Virus record (IMG/VR): IMGVR_UViG_3300025896_000030
Coordinates: 3,763 to 67,762 of that record
Strand: one strand, 5' to 3'
DNA from: a virus
Length of the DNA stretch: 64,000 nt
Made by a program: the position numbers and the translations under genes. Below the pieces are notes generated by a model. That model was not told the origin of the DNA. It saw only the letters and a list, made by a program, of their open reading frames with translations, and ran no database searches. Shown one piece after another: positions 48,738-57,857 of the stretch (the first letter of the stretch is position 1; the number at the start of each line of letters is the position of its first letter).

Positions 48738-49618
48738 GACCGATTCTCCTACTTGATTGCAGCTACCTTTGCTGGAGAGCCTTCCACACTCTGGGAGACC
48801 TGACGCATGGTGGCGTTTCAACAGGAGTATTGTTTGGATTTTTCATGGCGTTGGCTGATCTCAAGGAGACGTTCAACACGGACAGATTTGTCTATTGCTT
48901 CGATAAAGGCGAACCCTACAGGGCGCAGATTCTTCCAACATATAAAGGAAGCCGTGCGAAAAAGTATGATGCGGATCCAAAGATGTTAGAAGCTCGTCAG
49001 CAGGTGCGCGATGCTTTAGTGGATCTGCGAAGGAAGTGGCTGCCTCAGATCGGGGCGTTTAATGTGTTGCACCAGAAGGGCTACGAAGCGGATGACATGA
49101 TCGCCAGTGTCTGCATCGCCTCGGAATATCGAGGGCAGGAAAAAATCATCGTCAGCGCCGACAGTGATTTATACCAGCTCCTTCGCCTCGATGTGAAAAT
49201 CTACAATCCGCGAACCCGAAAGATCCTGACGGATTACATGTTCGTCAGAAAATATGGAATTCGCCCCAGTCAGTGGGACAGAGTAAAAGCCATCGCAGGA
49301 TGTTCGACAGACAGCATTCCTGGGATTCGAGGAGTAGGTGAAGCGACAGCGATCAAATGGCTCAAAGGTGAACTGAAGCGAGACAGTGTGAAGTACCGTG
49401 CCATAAATTCTGACGAGCAGCAGCTAGACCCCGCGGATCGTGTCGTCAGAAGGAATTTACTGCTTACCTCCCTCCCTTATCAAGGCGCGAATCATTTCGA
49501 TCTTGAGGAGGATGCGTATAGCATCAAGGGATGGAAAGACATGTGTGCCGAACTGGGATTCCGCTCCCTCGTAAATAATCCTCCTTTCTTTCATCGTGAG
49601 CGCCGAAAAGTTCTATGA
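48734..49618 (+). CDS. 5'-3' exonuclease (PolI N-terminal/flap endonuclease family)
   Basis: LLLDCSYL..RAFH, YKGSR, GYEADD, SADSDLYQL, DSIPGIRGVGEATA. Confidence 0.9.
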   Translation: MRPILLLDCSYLCWRAFHTLGDLTHGGVSTGVLFGFFMALADLKETFNTDRFVYCFDKGEPYRAQILPTYKGSRAKKYDADPKMLEARQQVRDALVDLRRKWLPQIGAFNVLHQKGYEADDMIASVCIASEYRGQEKIIVSADSDLYQLLRLDVKIYNPRTRKILTDYMFVRKYGIRPSQWDRVKAIAGCSTDSIPGIRGVGEATAIKWLKGELKRDSVKYRAINSDEQQLDPADRVVRRNLLLTSLPYQGANHFDLEEDAYSIKGWKDMCAELGFRSLVNNPPFFHRERRKVL

Positions 49619-50054
49619 TTTGGAAGGACGCGAAGTTTGGCTTTCCCAGATCAATGGAAGGTTTGCTTTCACGCGGTTGCGACGAAAGAAAGGGGAGATG
49701 CTGTCTGACGTCTACGTTTGCCCGACAGACGAATTGACGGATGCGTGCAAGGCGGAAATTCGCGAACATAAAAGGAAGTGGACTTGGACACTGTATGCTT
49801 TTGGATGGAATAAAAAAGTGCTTGCTGAATGGTACGGATGGGAAGAGGAAAAGCTGCTTCGTTTCCTCGATCGCGTATTTACAGGTGAAGTGACTCCTCG
49901 CATGAGTCATGATCCGTATTTGGATGGCAAGCCTTGGGGAAAGAGGCAACAATACATCCTTGACAATCTTGTTTACAACGATCGCAGATGGAATGATATT
50001 TGCTACCTCCTTTCACGATCCAGAAAAGAATTGAGCCAATTTATCAAGCCATGA
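49596..50054 (+). CDS. Hypothetical protein
   Basis: Coupled ORF. Confidence 0.5.
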   Translation: MSAEKFYDLEGREVWLSQINGRFAFTRLRRKKGEMLSDVYVCPTDELTDACKAEIREHKRKWTWTLYAFGWNKKVLAEWYGWEEEKLLRFLDRVFTGEVTPRMSHDPYLDGKPWGKRQQYILDNLVYNDRRWNDICYLLSRSRKELSQFIKP

Positions 50055-50656
50055 GCAGCAAGGGTGGAGCATACGAACGCGAATTGTCGACCAAATTGTC
50101 TTTGTGGTGGAGCAATGGAAAAAGAGACGATCTCATTTGGCGGACATCGACGAGCGGAGGACGGGCGACGATACGCGGAAAGAAAGGGAAACGCACATTC
50201 GGGTCGTACGGTGACCTTCATGCCGTCGACCCATTAGCCTCGGATCTCTTTCTGGTGTTCACTATAGAGGCCAAACGGGGGTACACTGGCGCTAGCTTCG
50301 CCGACGCGATAGATCGTCCCGTGTTAGCCAAGCAAACGACGTTTGAAGCCTTTTGCGAGCAAGCGCGAACCGCAGCTGTTGCGGCTGGATCTGCGTCTTG
50401 GATGCTGATTCAGAGGAGGGACAAGAAACGAGCTCTTTGTTTTATTCCTCGCAAGGCTTTTAGCACCATCCAAATGCTGGGTGGCTGTGATCTGCTGCCC
50501 TGTCCTTATATCGAGATGCGCCTTAATTTGAGGCAGGAAGGAGACTTCGCGAGGACCTGGGTTGTGGCTATGCAGTTAGACGATTTTTTGCGCACCTGTT
50601 CCCCCGATGTCATCCGACGATTCGCAGAAAAAGTCAGACCTAGCGGACTTCGCTAG
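50051..50656 (+). CDS. Holliday junction resolvase (Hjc-like PD-(D/E)XK)
   Basis: SKGGAYERE, SGG, GDL, IEAKR. Confidence 0.75.
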   Translation: MSSKGGAYERELSTKLSLWWSNGKRDDLIWRTSTSGGRATIRGKKGKRTFGSYGDLHAVDPLASDLFLVFTIEAKRGYTGASFADAIDRPVLAKQTTFEAFCEQARTAAVAAGSASWMLIQRRDKKRALCFIPRKAFSTIQMLGGCDLLPCPYIEMRLNLRQEGDFARTWVVAMQLDDFLRTCSPDVIRRFAEKVRPSGLR

Positions 50657-51026
50657 ACTGCTTCGTGCCTTGGAGGAGGTAAAGAGCGAGGCAGGCAAAT
50701 ATCTCATCCTCGACCGTGCATTGCAGGCAAATCGAGGCATTGAACGGTTCCTTCGATGGACCCTTCGTGATGTGCAGATCATTGGATCGGAGGACGCGTT
50801 TCGCGTAGCAGGGAAGGTAGGATCAGATTTGCGATCATACCCGGTGCGCATGATGGGTGAGTGGTTTCATTTTTCCCCAGGCAAGCCCAAAGAAAAAGTG
50901 GCTGAGGAGTGGGCAGCAATAATCCTGCGTTTGCCTGTAGATCAGCGATTCGCCGCCAATCGAGTGCTTAATCGGGATTTACGGTGTGTTTCGCGGAGGC
51001 TTATTTTGGAAGTATTGCAGAACTAG
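50607..51026 (+). CDS. Hypothetical protein
   Basis: Last ORF of replication operon. Confidence 0.45.
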   Translation: MSSDDSQKKSDLADFARLLRALEEVKSEAGKYLILDRALQANRGIERFLRWTLRDVQIIGSEDAFRVAGKVGSDLRSYPVRMMGEWFHFSPGKPKEKVAEEWAAIILRLPVDQRFAANRVLNRDLRCVSRRLILEVLQN

Positions 51027-51135
51027 ACCCATCCGCGATTTACGGAAATCGGGTTAATTTGGAAAATCTTTCGGTGGTAAAACGAAGAAAGATGGAAAAT
51101 AGTGCTTGATCTCCATCCATGTCGTGTCGATAGTT
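51008..51135 (+). repeat. Composite repeat/promoter, copy 1
   Basis: 51030-51110 matches 56203-56283 (78/81); 51008-51041 matches 59459-59492 (33/34); TTGATC-N17-GATAGT at 51106-51134. Confidence 0.85.
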
Positions 51136-51167
51136 TCCATGTCAGGCAAAAACCAAAATCAAAACCA

Positions 51168-51347
51168 ATGAAAACATACTACGTCCTCCGCAACTCGATC
51201 ACCGGGCTGTTTTTCAACGGGGTGAATTTCACCTCTGAATTCGAGGGAGCTAAATTCTTCTCTCTCAAGCCCAACCACTCCGCCTTACGATTCATTTGGG
51301 GTGAGGAGGTGGAAATCGTTAAGATCACGCTGACCAAGATGGAATAA
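51168..51347 (+). CDS. Small early protein
   Basis: A-rich leader after promoter; YYVLRNSITGLFF..FTSEFEGAKFF. Confidence 0.55.
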   Translation: MKTYYVLRNSITGLFFNGVNFTSEFEGAKFFSLKPNHSALRFIWGEEVEIVKITLTKME

Positions 51348-51414
51348 TAAGCGACAAGGAGGAAGTCACTAACCCCTTTAATTTTCCTCAATCCTCAACT
51401 CTATATTACCTACC

Positions 51415-52131
51415 ATGGCTGGAAACTCTAAAATTCTCGAAAAGCTTCGGAAGCTAATGTCAATGGCTTCCTCGAAAAATGGCGCGACGCAAGCTGAAAT
51501 GGAAGCCTTTCTCGCGAAGGCACGCGAGCTGGCGCGCCAAAACAACATCGATCTCGAGGAGGTAGGCGAAGGCGAAACGTCCGCCAAGCCTCTCACTGCC
51601 GTGCGCGTAACCGTGCAGACGAAGTCCAAATATGAGCGCACCTACCACGCACCGATCATGCGCGTCCTCCGCGAGTGCTTCGACATTCGCACGGTGTGGA
51701 GCAGCTATTGGACGCATCAGGCGCAACGTGTATATGTCGCCATTCATTTCATCGGAGAGGAAACGGATGTGGAGATCAGCAAGATTTTCTGGGACTATTT
51801 GTAGGATCTGTTTCCCCGTTGTTATAAGGAGTACCGTGCCAATACGGGAAGCAAAGCAAGCTGGACCTCCGAGCGTTCGTTTTATGAAGGTCTGGCAGCA
51901 GGAATCTGTCTGTCGAATCAGCGGGAACGCGAGTCGATGCCTGCCGAGGAGAAGGGCAAATTTCAGATCGTCCTTGTCAACAAGGAGGCGGTCGTGAGTG
52001 CGAAGGTCCACGAATTGTTTCCCCGTCTCAGGACGGAGCACAGGCACATGAAATCTGTAGACCATGGAGCGAAGGCAGCAGGCTACGTTCGCGGGAAGGA
52101 GATCAAGCTTAATCGCCAGTTGACCTCCTAG
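51415..52131 (+). pseudogene. DUF2786-like protein interrupted by in-frame TAG at 51802
   Basis: ILEKLRKLMSMA..ATQAEMEAFLAKAREL; frame continues after TAG through SFYEGL..AAGYVRGKEIKLNRQL. Confidence 0.7.
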
Positions 52132-52144
52132 CGATTAATAGAGC

Positions 52145-52330
52145 ATGAAAGGAAAGTCAGCTTTCTGGGATGAGATCACTACTTATCCCAGAGAAAATCT
52201 CTCCCGCATATACCTATATAAGGGCTATCAAGTCCAAGTTTATTTTCCACGTACTAATCCACAACAAAACTCTAAAGAGGAGTGGGACACGACGACAACT
52301 CCGTGGACGCTCACTCGCCACAAAAAATGA
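52145..52330 (+). CDS. Hypothetical protein
   Basis: Short ORF in accessory operon. Confidence 0.35.
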   Translation: MKGKSAFWDEITTYPRENLSRIYLYKGYQVQVYFPRTNPQQNSKEEWDTTTTPWTLTRHKK

Positions 52331-52716
52331 AAAAGCGTAAATCCATCATGTCGGGCAACGGATCCCAGAACGGAAAGCGCGTTGCCGAAATTGCTAAGGA
52401 CACCACGCCACCTCCAAAGAAGAAGGGATCTTTTTGGAACGATGACGAATCTGCACCAAATCCACCTGAGATGAAAACGCCTCCCGCTGATCAGATCAAC
52501 CATCTCGTTAAGCAAGTCACAGCGCCTCCTCACTTCTTCAATGTGCAGACCTTGAAGGGTCAGAGGATCACCATCATCGATAAGCTGGGAGACAATTGGA
52601 GGGAACTGCTTTGCTATAATTGGGACCTCCGCATAACAATGCATCTCAAGGCAGAGGATTTGTTTCCTCGCGATGCTGTCAATGCTGCTACGCTATTCCT
52701 TCAGGAGATTTCATGA
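52282..52716 (+). CDS. Hypothetical protein
   Basis: Shares KGSFW/KSAFW motif with upstream ORF; true start probably a later ATG. Confidence 0.5.
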   Translation: MGHDDNSVDAHSPQKMKKRKSIMSGNGSQNGKRVAEIAKDTTPPPKKKGSFWNDDESAPNPPEMKTPPADQINHLVKQVTAPPHFFNVQTLKGQRITIIDKLGDNWRELLCYNWDLRITMHLKAEDLFPRDAVNAATLFLQEIS

Positions 52717-52892
52717 AATCCAATTTTGGAACACTGCACAGAGAGGACGATGGCACCCCACTTTCGTTGGAGGAACGTCTCAGATACAGAGTCAGTTTCG
52801 GCATGGGAGTGTTGGTAGGCTTCGCTGCCTGCTCTTTACTCGTTGTCATTATTTTTCTAGTGTGTCTGTCATGCCACTTGTTTTTACCTTGA
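52713..52892 (+). CDS. Small membrane protein
   Basis: C-terminal hydrophobic helix; ATGA overlap. Confidence 0.5.
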   Translation: MKSNFGTLHREDDGTPLSLEERLRYRVSFGMGVLVGFAACSLLVVIIFLVCLSCHLFLP

Positions 52893-53110
52893 TCTTCTCC
52901 GTCGCAACGTGGATGTCATTCATGGTGTGTTTATATGCGATCTTTCGTTCCAACATCCGAAAATCTCAGAACAGGTTAAAATGGAGTTTTTCAGCAATGG
53001 AGATAAAACGACTCATGTGGTCGATGGTGCTGCAAATGCTGTTTGTGTCCTTCCTGTTTTTTCTGCTCATCCTCTTTTTCATCATCCCTCGATTTTCCAA
53101 TTATGAATAA
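52871..53110 (+). CDS. Small two-TM membrane protein
   Basis: Two hydrophobic segments. Confidence 0.5.
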   Translation: MPLVFTLIFSVATWMSFMVCLYAIFRSNIRKSQNRLKWSFSAMEIKRLMWSMVLQMLFVSFLFFLLILFFIIPRFSNYE

Positions 53111-53333
53111 TGTGCTTACTTTCGGTATGTTATTAGGACCCGTGGTCATTCTATTGTAGGCGGGAATTCTTCTGTTGGAATTCTTTCGCAAGGAGGATCT
53201 TTTGGGAAAAGTTGTGACTGCCATGATATACCTTTCCTTCATCGGTCTGCTTCTGTCCTTAGCCAGCTGTGGTCTCCAAGCGATTAAAAAAGAGCATGAA
53301 AAACAAAAAGCCCAGATTGAGATCACTAGGTAA
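53103..53333 (+). pseudogene. Two-TM membrane protein interrupted by in-frame TAG at 53157
   Basis: MNNVLTFGMLLGPVVILL*AGILLLEFFRKEDLLGKVVTAMIYLSFIGLLLSLASCG..; fills gap to queF. Confidence 0.5.
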
Positions 53334-53793
53334 GAAGGTCACGAGTTTTGAGGGTTTCGACACCTTCCTCAGACCTGCTAATACCGTCTTCGTATCGTGC
53401 ATTTCCGACGAGATCACCGCTAACTGTCCAGTCACGAATCAGCCTGACTGGTATCTGGTGGAAATCAGGTATATGCCGGACGAGCTTTGCATTGAGAGCA
53501 AGTCCCTAAAGCTCTATCTTCACAGCTTTCGGAACGAAGGCATGTTCTGTGAGGAAATGGGATCACGAATCGCCACGCATATAATGGAGGCAGTCGAAGC
53601 CTATGCCGTCGCCGTCGCGATCAAGCAGAAGTCACGTGGAGGCGTGTCGATCGTTTCTCGTTCCTATGTGGAGAACACAACGAAAATTGAGAAATACGGT
53701 CAGGCAAATCACGTGTGGACTATATGGCATCACAACCTGAATTGCATTCGCTCCTGTTCCACTCCCATTCAGTCTCCCACCTACTCCTACTAA
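53296..53793 (+). CDS. queF: preQ1 synthase (nitrile reductase, unimodular QueF)
   Basis: Catalytic CPVTNQPD, QueF motif ESKSLKLYLHSFRN, RGG. Confidence 0.9.
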   Translation: MKNKKPRLRSLGKKVTSFEGFDTFLRPANTVFVSCISDEITANCPVTNQPDWYLVEIRYMPDELCIESKSLKLYLHSFRNEGMFCEEMGSRIATHIMEAVEAYAVAVAIKQKSRGGVSIVSRSYVENTTKIEKYGQANHVWTIWHHNLNCIRSCSTPIQSPTYSY

Positions 53794-53799
53794 ATTACC

Positions 53800-54573
53800 A
53801 TGAGAAAACGCGCCGTTGTATTATGCTCCGGAGGACTCGATTCCACAGTCCTCCTTCACTACGCTGCCAAGCAACTAGACATGGACATTGTCAAGGTGCT
53901 TTGCTTCAATTATGGATCGAAACATAATAAGCGCGAGGCTGCTTATTCGGTCTGGCAAACAGGACAGGTAAAGAAAGCAGTGGTCGACGCAGGCAAGCCC
54001 TTCTCCCCGATCACGCAGGAAAGACATTCGCGCCTTGATCTACCGTTCATCAACGAATTTTTCAAGTCGTCCCTGCTCAAGAGTGGCGGGACGATTCCCG
54101 AAGGTCACTACGCGGACGAGAACATGAAATCTACCGTCGTGCCCTTTCGCAACGGAATCATGCTGTCGATCGCTACGGGGTTCGCTGAATCCCTCGACTG
54201 TGACAGAGTCCTCATCGCCAATCATGCGGGAGACCACGCGATCTACCCCGATTGCCGGACAGATTTTATTTCCAAAATGTCAGCTGCGATGTGTCTTGGA
54301 ACCTACAAGAATGTCATGATTCACGCTCCTTTCTCTGCCATGACGAAGGCGGAGATCGTGAGAATGGGCTCTCTGCTGAGCGTGGACATGGCGATGACAT
54401 GGTCATGCTATAAGGGTGGAGAACTGCATTGCGGGAAATGCGGCACGTGCATCGAGCGTCGTGAGGCGTTTCATCTCGCGGGCATTCCGGATCCCACTGA
54501 ATACGAGGCGGGCGCGCCTACGCTCGAGGAACTCATATCCTGCGATTTCAAATACGAAGCGACATCCCTCTGA
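53800..54573 (+). CDS. queC: 7-cyano-7-deazaguanine synthase
   Basis: SGGLDST, YGSKH, VPFRNGIMLS, YPDCR, TWSCY..HCGKCGTC.ER. Confidence 0.95.
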   Translation: MRKRAVVLCSGGLDSTVLLHYAAKQLDMDIVKVLCFNYGSKHNKREAAYSVWQTGQVKKAVVDAGKPFSPITQERHSRLDLPFINEFFKSSLLKSGGTIPEGHYADENMKSTVVPFRNGIMLSIATGFAESLDCDRVLIANHAGDHAIYPDCRTDFISKMSAAMCLGTYKNVMIHAPFSAMTKAEIVRMGSLLSVDMAMTWSCYKGGELHCGKCGTCIERREAFHLAGIPDPTEYEAGAPTLEELISCDFKYEATSL

Positions 54574-54615
54574 TTAAGTAACGGAAGTTACATTCCTATC
54601 TCATTTTAGCCAGTC

Positions 54616-55458
54616 ATGAAGCATCAAGTTTTAGTAAGGAAACCATCGGGTTCCAAGTATCACGTCAACGTCCCCGTTGACGCTTACATATTGGCTAAAA
54701 TGGGAATGGGGGATACCCAAATTTCTCAGATTTTTGGAGTGACTGATTTGACGTTTTCCAAGTGGAAAGATCAGCAACCGGCTTTGATTTATGCACTGGA
54801 AAAGGCGAGGGAAAAGGACGTTAACAAGAGACCGACTTTCCTCTCCTACGTGTACAAGCACCTCAGTCCTGAGGTCAGAGCTTTGTGGGAGCGAATAAAC
54901 TATTGGGAGGACGCAGCGAATGGATATGAGAAAATAGAGGCGATGTTAGCCAACGAAGGCGAAGACGTGAGAATGTCTCTCTGGTTTCACGCGTTCGTGG
55001 ATTCAAATTTCAACGCCTCCGAAGCCTGTCGAAAGGTGTGCGTATCTAAGACCACTCTAGCTGAGTGGAAGGAAAATAATCCTCAGTTCCCCAAGCTGAT
55101 CGACGAGATGGAGTGGCACAAAAATAATCTGTTCGAGGACAGTCTCATTTCCCTGGTTAAAGCAGGTAATCCTCTCGCGGTCTTGTTTGCGAACAAGACA
55201 AGGAATCGGGATCGGGGATACGACTCCAAAATCACCGTGCAGCATGAAGGCACGATCACCCACCTGCATAAGCACATCGTGCAGGTCGACAGGCTGGATC
55301 TATCGCTCGAGGAAAAGAGACGCCTCCTCGAAGCTGTCAGAGCCCAGAAAGCTCTCCCTGAAAATCAGGACGAGATCATCGACATCGAGGAAGGTGTCGA
55401 GGTAGCAGCCAAACCCCGTGAGCGATCAGCGTTCTACGATGACGAGGAGACAGAATAA
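54616..55458 (+). CDS. terS: Terminase small subunit (tandem HTH)
   Basis: PSGSKY, ISQIFGVTDLTFSKWK; second HTH ASEACRKVCVSKTTLAEWK; GNPLAVLFANKTR..RGY. Confidence 0.6.
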   Translation: MKHQVLVRKPSGSKYHVNVPVDAYILAKMGMGDTQISQIFGVTDLTFSKWKDQQPALIYALEKAREKDVNKRPTFLSYVYKHLSPEVRALWERINYWEDAANGYEKIEAMLANEGEDVRMSLWFHAFVDSNFNASEACRKVCVSKTTLAEWKENNPQFPKLIDEMEWHKNNLFEDSLISLVKAGNPLAVLFANKTRNRDRGYDSKITVQHEGTITHLHKHIVQVDRLDLSLEEKRRLLEAVRAQKALPENQDEIIDIEEGVEVAAKPRERSAFYDDEETE

Positions 55459-55840
55459 TGAAAACACTCATTTCGGAATTCTAGCAATGTCTGCGCCTAG
55501 TTTGGAACAGCTTTTATACCGGGTGGCTCAAGCTTACACTGCCCTTTTAATCGCTCAGGACGAACAGGCTGATTTAAGATGTCCACATCGTGTCAGCCGT
55601 CGCAGGAACGAATTTGGAGAGGCGTTCAATGCACTAGAGGTGGCGGTAAATCAGCAGAAAGAAGCGATTCAAGCTCTGATCAAAGCGGGAAACAATCTCG
55701 ACGCCAGCGTTTATAATCAAGCGTTTCAGACAGAGAACGAAACAGCCCAGGAACTCAAATTGGAGATGTGCAAACAATGGAAGCAAGCAGCTGCTAAGTT
55801 CGCAGTTACCGAAACACTTTCCAAATATGAAATACGCTGA
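55418..55840 (+). CDS. Hypothetical protein
   Basis: Helical ORF after terS; start uncertain. Confidence 0.4.
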   Translation: MSDQRSTMTRRQNNENTHFGILAMSAPSLEQLLYRVAQAYTALLIAQDEQADLRCPHRVSRRRNEFGEAFNALEVAVNQQKEAIQALIKAGNNLDASVYNQAFQTENETAQELKLEMCKQWKQAAAKFAVTETLSKYEIR

Positions 55841-55870
55841 ACCCCATCCTGTTGTCCTCACGACTTTTGC

Positions 55871-56230
55871 TTGTCAGGATTACAGTCATCCATGAATTCA
55901 TCAAACCAAAGACCAAAAATGAGTAATGCATTAAACACCACCTCCGATGAGATCGATGCAATCTTAGCAAATAGTCTGGATTCTGTATTTCACCACCTAG
56001 TGCGCAGTCCCGGGACGGTGCATCTAGCGTTCATTGTGGACGCGGCAGCTAGGAGAATTCGCCCAGCGGGGATGCAGTCGGAGGAGATCAGCGCATTGCG
56101 CGCCCGAGTCGATTACCTGACCGAGTCTCTGCTCGCTATCGAGGAAGCCTGCGGGGAAGCAGGAGATAAGACAGCGATGCAGATCAAGGATCGCATTAAT
56201 CGCATCCGAGATTTACGGAAATCTGGTTAA
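55871..56230 (+). CDS. Hypothetical protein
   Basis: C-terminus encoded by repeat copy 2; start uncertain. Confidence 0.4.
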   Translation: MSGLQSSMNSSNQRPKMSNALNTTSDEIDAILANSLDSVFHHLVRSPGTVHLAFIVDAAARRIRPAGMQSEEISALRARVDYLTESLLAIEEACGEAGDKTAMQIKDRINRIRDLRKSG

Positions 56231-56308
56231 TTTGGAAAATCTTTCGGTGGTAAAATGAAGAAAGATGGAAAATAGTGCTTGATGTTTTCCATCTCCGTGT
56301 CGATAGTT
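56203..56308 (+). repeat. Repeat/promoter copy 2 (TTGATG-N17-GATAGT at 56279-56307)
   Basis: Near-identical to 51030-51135. Confidence 0.85.
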
Positions 56309-56358
56309 CCATCCACAGACAGCAACTCAACGAAAAACCAATAACGAAAGATTCCAAA

Positions 56359-56622
56359 ATGTACTACTCCGACACAAATCCTCCTCGCCACGTTGTCAGA
56401 ATCGTCCGCGAATATGCCGAAACCCTCTGCCGCAAGCATGGGCACGTCAGCAGCACAGCCTCCTACGTCTACGGCACCGAAACCAAGATCATAGAGAACA
56501 GGAAGCACGAATCTCGTTTCCTGGGTCGGGGTCGTTGGCGTACGATCCACCGTGCCTCCTTCCGCGTCATGATTAATTGGAAGGCGCTTGCGCTCAAGGA
56601 ACTTGGAGAGCTTTACGTCTGA
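56359..56622 (+). CDS. Small early protein
   Basis: A-rich leader after promoter. Confidence 0.5.
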   Translation: MYYSDTNPPRHVVRIVREYAETLCRKHGHVSSTASYVYGTETKIIENRKHESRFLGRGRWRTIHRASFRVMINWKALALKELGELYV

Positions 56623-56638
56623 TTTACAAAAGTTCCAC

Positions 56639-56667
56639 TTTACTTTCCCTCCACCTGCGACGATATT
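56639..56667 (+). promoter_or_regulatory. Putative promoter TTTACT-N17-GATATT, ATG 6 nt downstream
   Basis: Same layout as the 35981 site. Confidence 0.6.
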
Positions 56668-56673
56668 TCCATC

Positions 56674-56952
56674 ATGAACTCTACTACCACTTCCTGCTAC
56701 GATCTCGCCCGCAACTACGCCGCCGCCCATGAAGCGTATCACGCCGAGGACACGCCCGAGACGGAAAAGAATGTCACTCGCGCCGCCGATGCCCTGCTGA
56801 TCGCATTGGGCTTTCGAGGCGCCTACAGGATCAACTTCGCCGACGTTCCTCCGGAAGGCATCGAGGCGATCGATCTCGAGGTCACTAATTCCTCCGACGT
56901 TTTGCTCGCCTCGATTGTCGTCTACCCTGACGGCTCCTTCTACGCTCGCTAA
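56674..56952 (+). CDS. Small early protein (probably leaderless)
   Basis: ATG at predicted +1. Confidence 0.55.
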   Translation: MNSTTTSCYDLARNYAAAHEAYHAEDTPETEKNVTRAADALLIALGFRGAYRINFADVPPEGIEAIDLEVTNSSDVLLASIVVYPDGSFYAR

Positions 56953-56966
56953 TCATCCGCCTCCTC

Positions 56967-57164
56967 ATGAAAGCCTACGATCTGTTGTCCACGCAGGAAA
57001 GAAATGCTCTCCGGGTCGCCCTGAACCAGATGCGTCCTCTGAATCTCACCGTCGAGCTTGCCATCCTCCTCGCCAAGAATATGATCGGCGCAAAAGGTGA
57101 CAGAGCCAACCTAATGCTAGAGGCTGCTTACGATCACATCGCAGCGATCGGAGGAGCAAAGTGA
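56967..57164 (+). CDS. Hypothetical protein
   Basis: In-operon ORF. Confidence 0.5.
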   Translation: MKAYDLLSTQERNALRVALNQMRPLNLTVELAILLAKNMIGAKGDRANLMLEAAYDHIAAIGGAK

Positions 57165-57376
57165 AAACAATTTTGAAATGGAGTCCAATCGAGGAAAGCA
57201 GTACTGAAAGCAACTGCGGAAAATATCGCATATTGCCTTGTTACCACGGCTCCCGCGTCAAACCGGTTGGATACATCCTCCAAATAAAATCCATGCTAAT
57301 TGATGGGTGGGTCGCGTATGCATTCCGTCACAGTATGCGCTCCTGTAAGGAAGTAGCAGCCAATTTGGAAGCGTAA
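57161..57376 (+). CDS. Hypothetical protein
   Basis: GGAG SD and GTGA overlap; SNCGKYRI motif. Confidence 0.5.
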   Translation: MKTILKWSPIEESSTESNCGKYRILPCYHGSRVKPVGYILQIKSMLIDGWVAYAFRHSMRSCKEVAANLEA

Positions 57377-57378
57377 CA

Positions 57379-57627
57379 ATGACAAAACGTGAAGCAACCT
57401 TGCGCGCCAGAATAGGCGAATTGGAAGCTATGTGTGTAGAGTTGCGATTGGATGTTAAACACCTCCTCGATACAGTGTCTAAGATGGACACTCTGCACAC
57501 CCAATGTCTGGACAGGGGATGCACGTGTTACAGCGATCCAGAAGATGTCTGCGTTCACTGCAACAAATCCACTAGACTTTCCACCCTTGCAAAAGCCACG
57601 TTAGCTAAATTTGGAAGAGATGAATAA
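57379..57627 (+). CDS. Hypothetical Cys-containing protein
   Basis: Coiled coil then CTC..CVHC. Confidence 0.45.
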   Translation: MTKREATLRARIGELEAMCVELRLDVKHLLDTVSKMDTLHTQCLDRGCTCYSDPEDVCVHCNKSTRLSTLAKATLAKFGRDE

Positions 57628-57850
57628 CCAATATACCAAATCTGTAGGAAAAGAATGGTGGGGAGTATACGACCTCCATAATAACGAATTTGCCTATAGG
57701 CTCATCGAGGGTCTGAGCACTCCCGTAATTTGCGACAGTCGCACCACTACGGAGAACACTTGTTCATACCTAAATGAGATCCAAGATGGTAACAAAGCTG
57801 AATCCAAGCGATTCACAGTCAGACGTGTGTTCCTGTTTTCCGGATCCTGA
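57611..57850 (+). CDS. Hypothetical protein
   Basis: In-operon ORF. Confidence 0.45.
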   Translation: MEEMNNQYTKSVGKEWWGVYDLHNNEFAYRLIEGLSTPVICDSRTTTENTCSYLNEIQDGNKAESKRFTVRRVFLFSGS

Positions 57851-57857
57851 AAACTCC

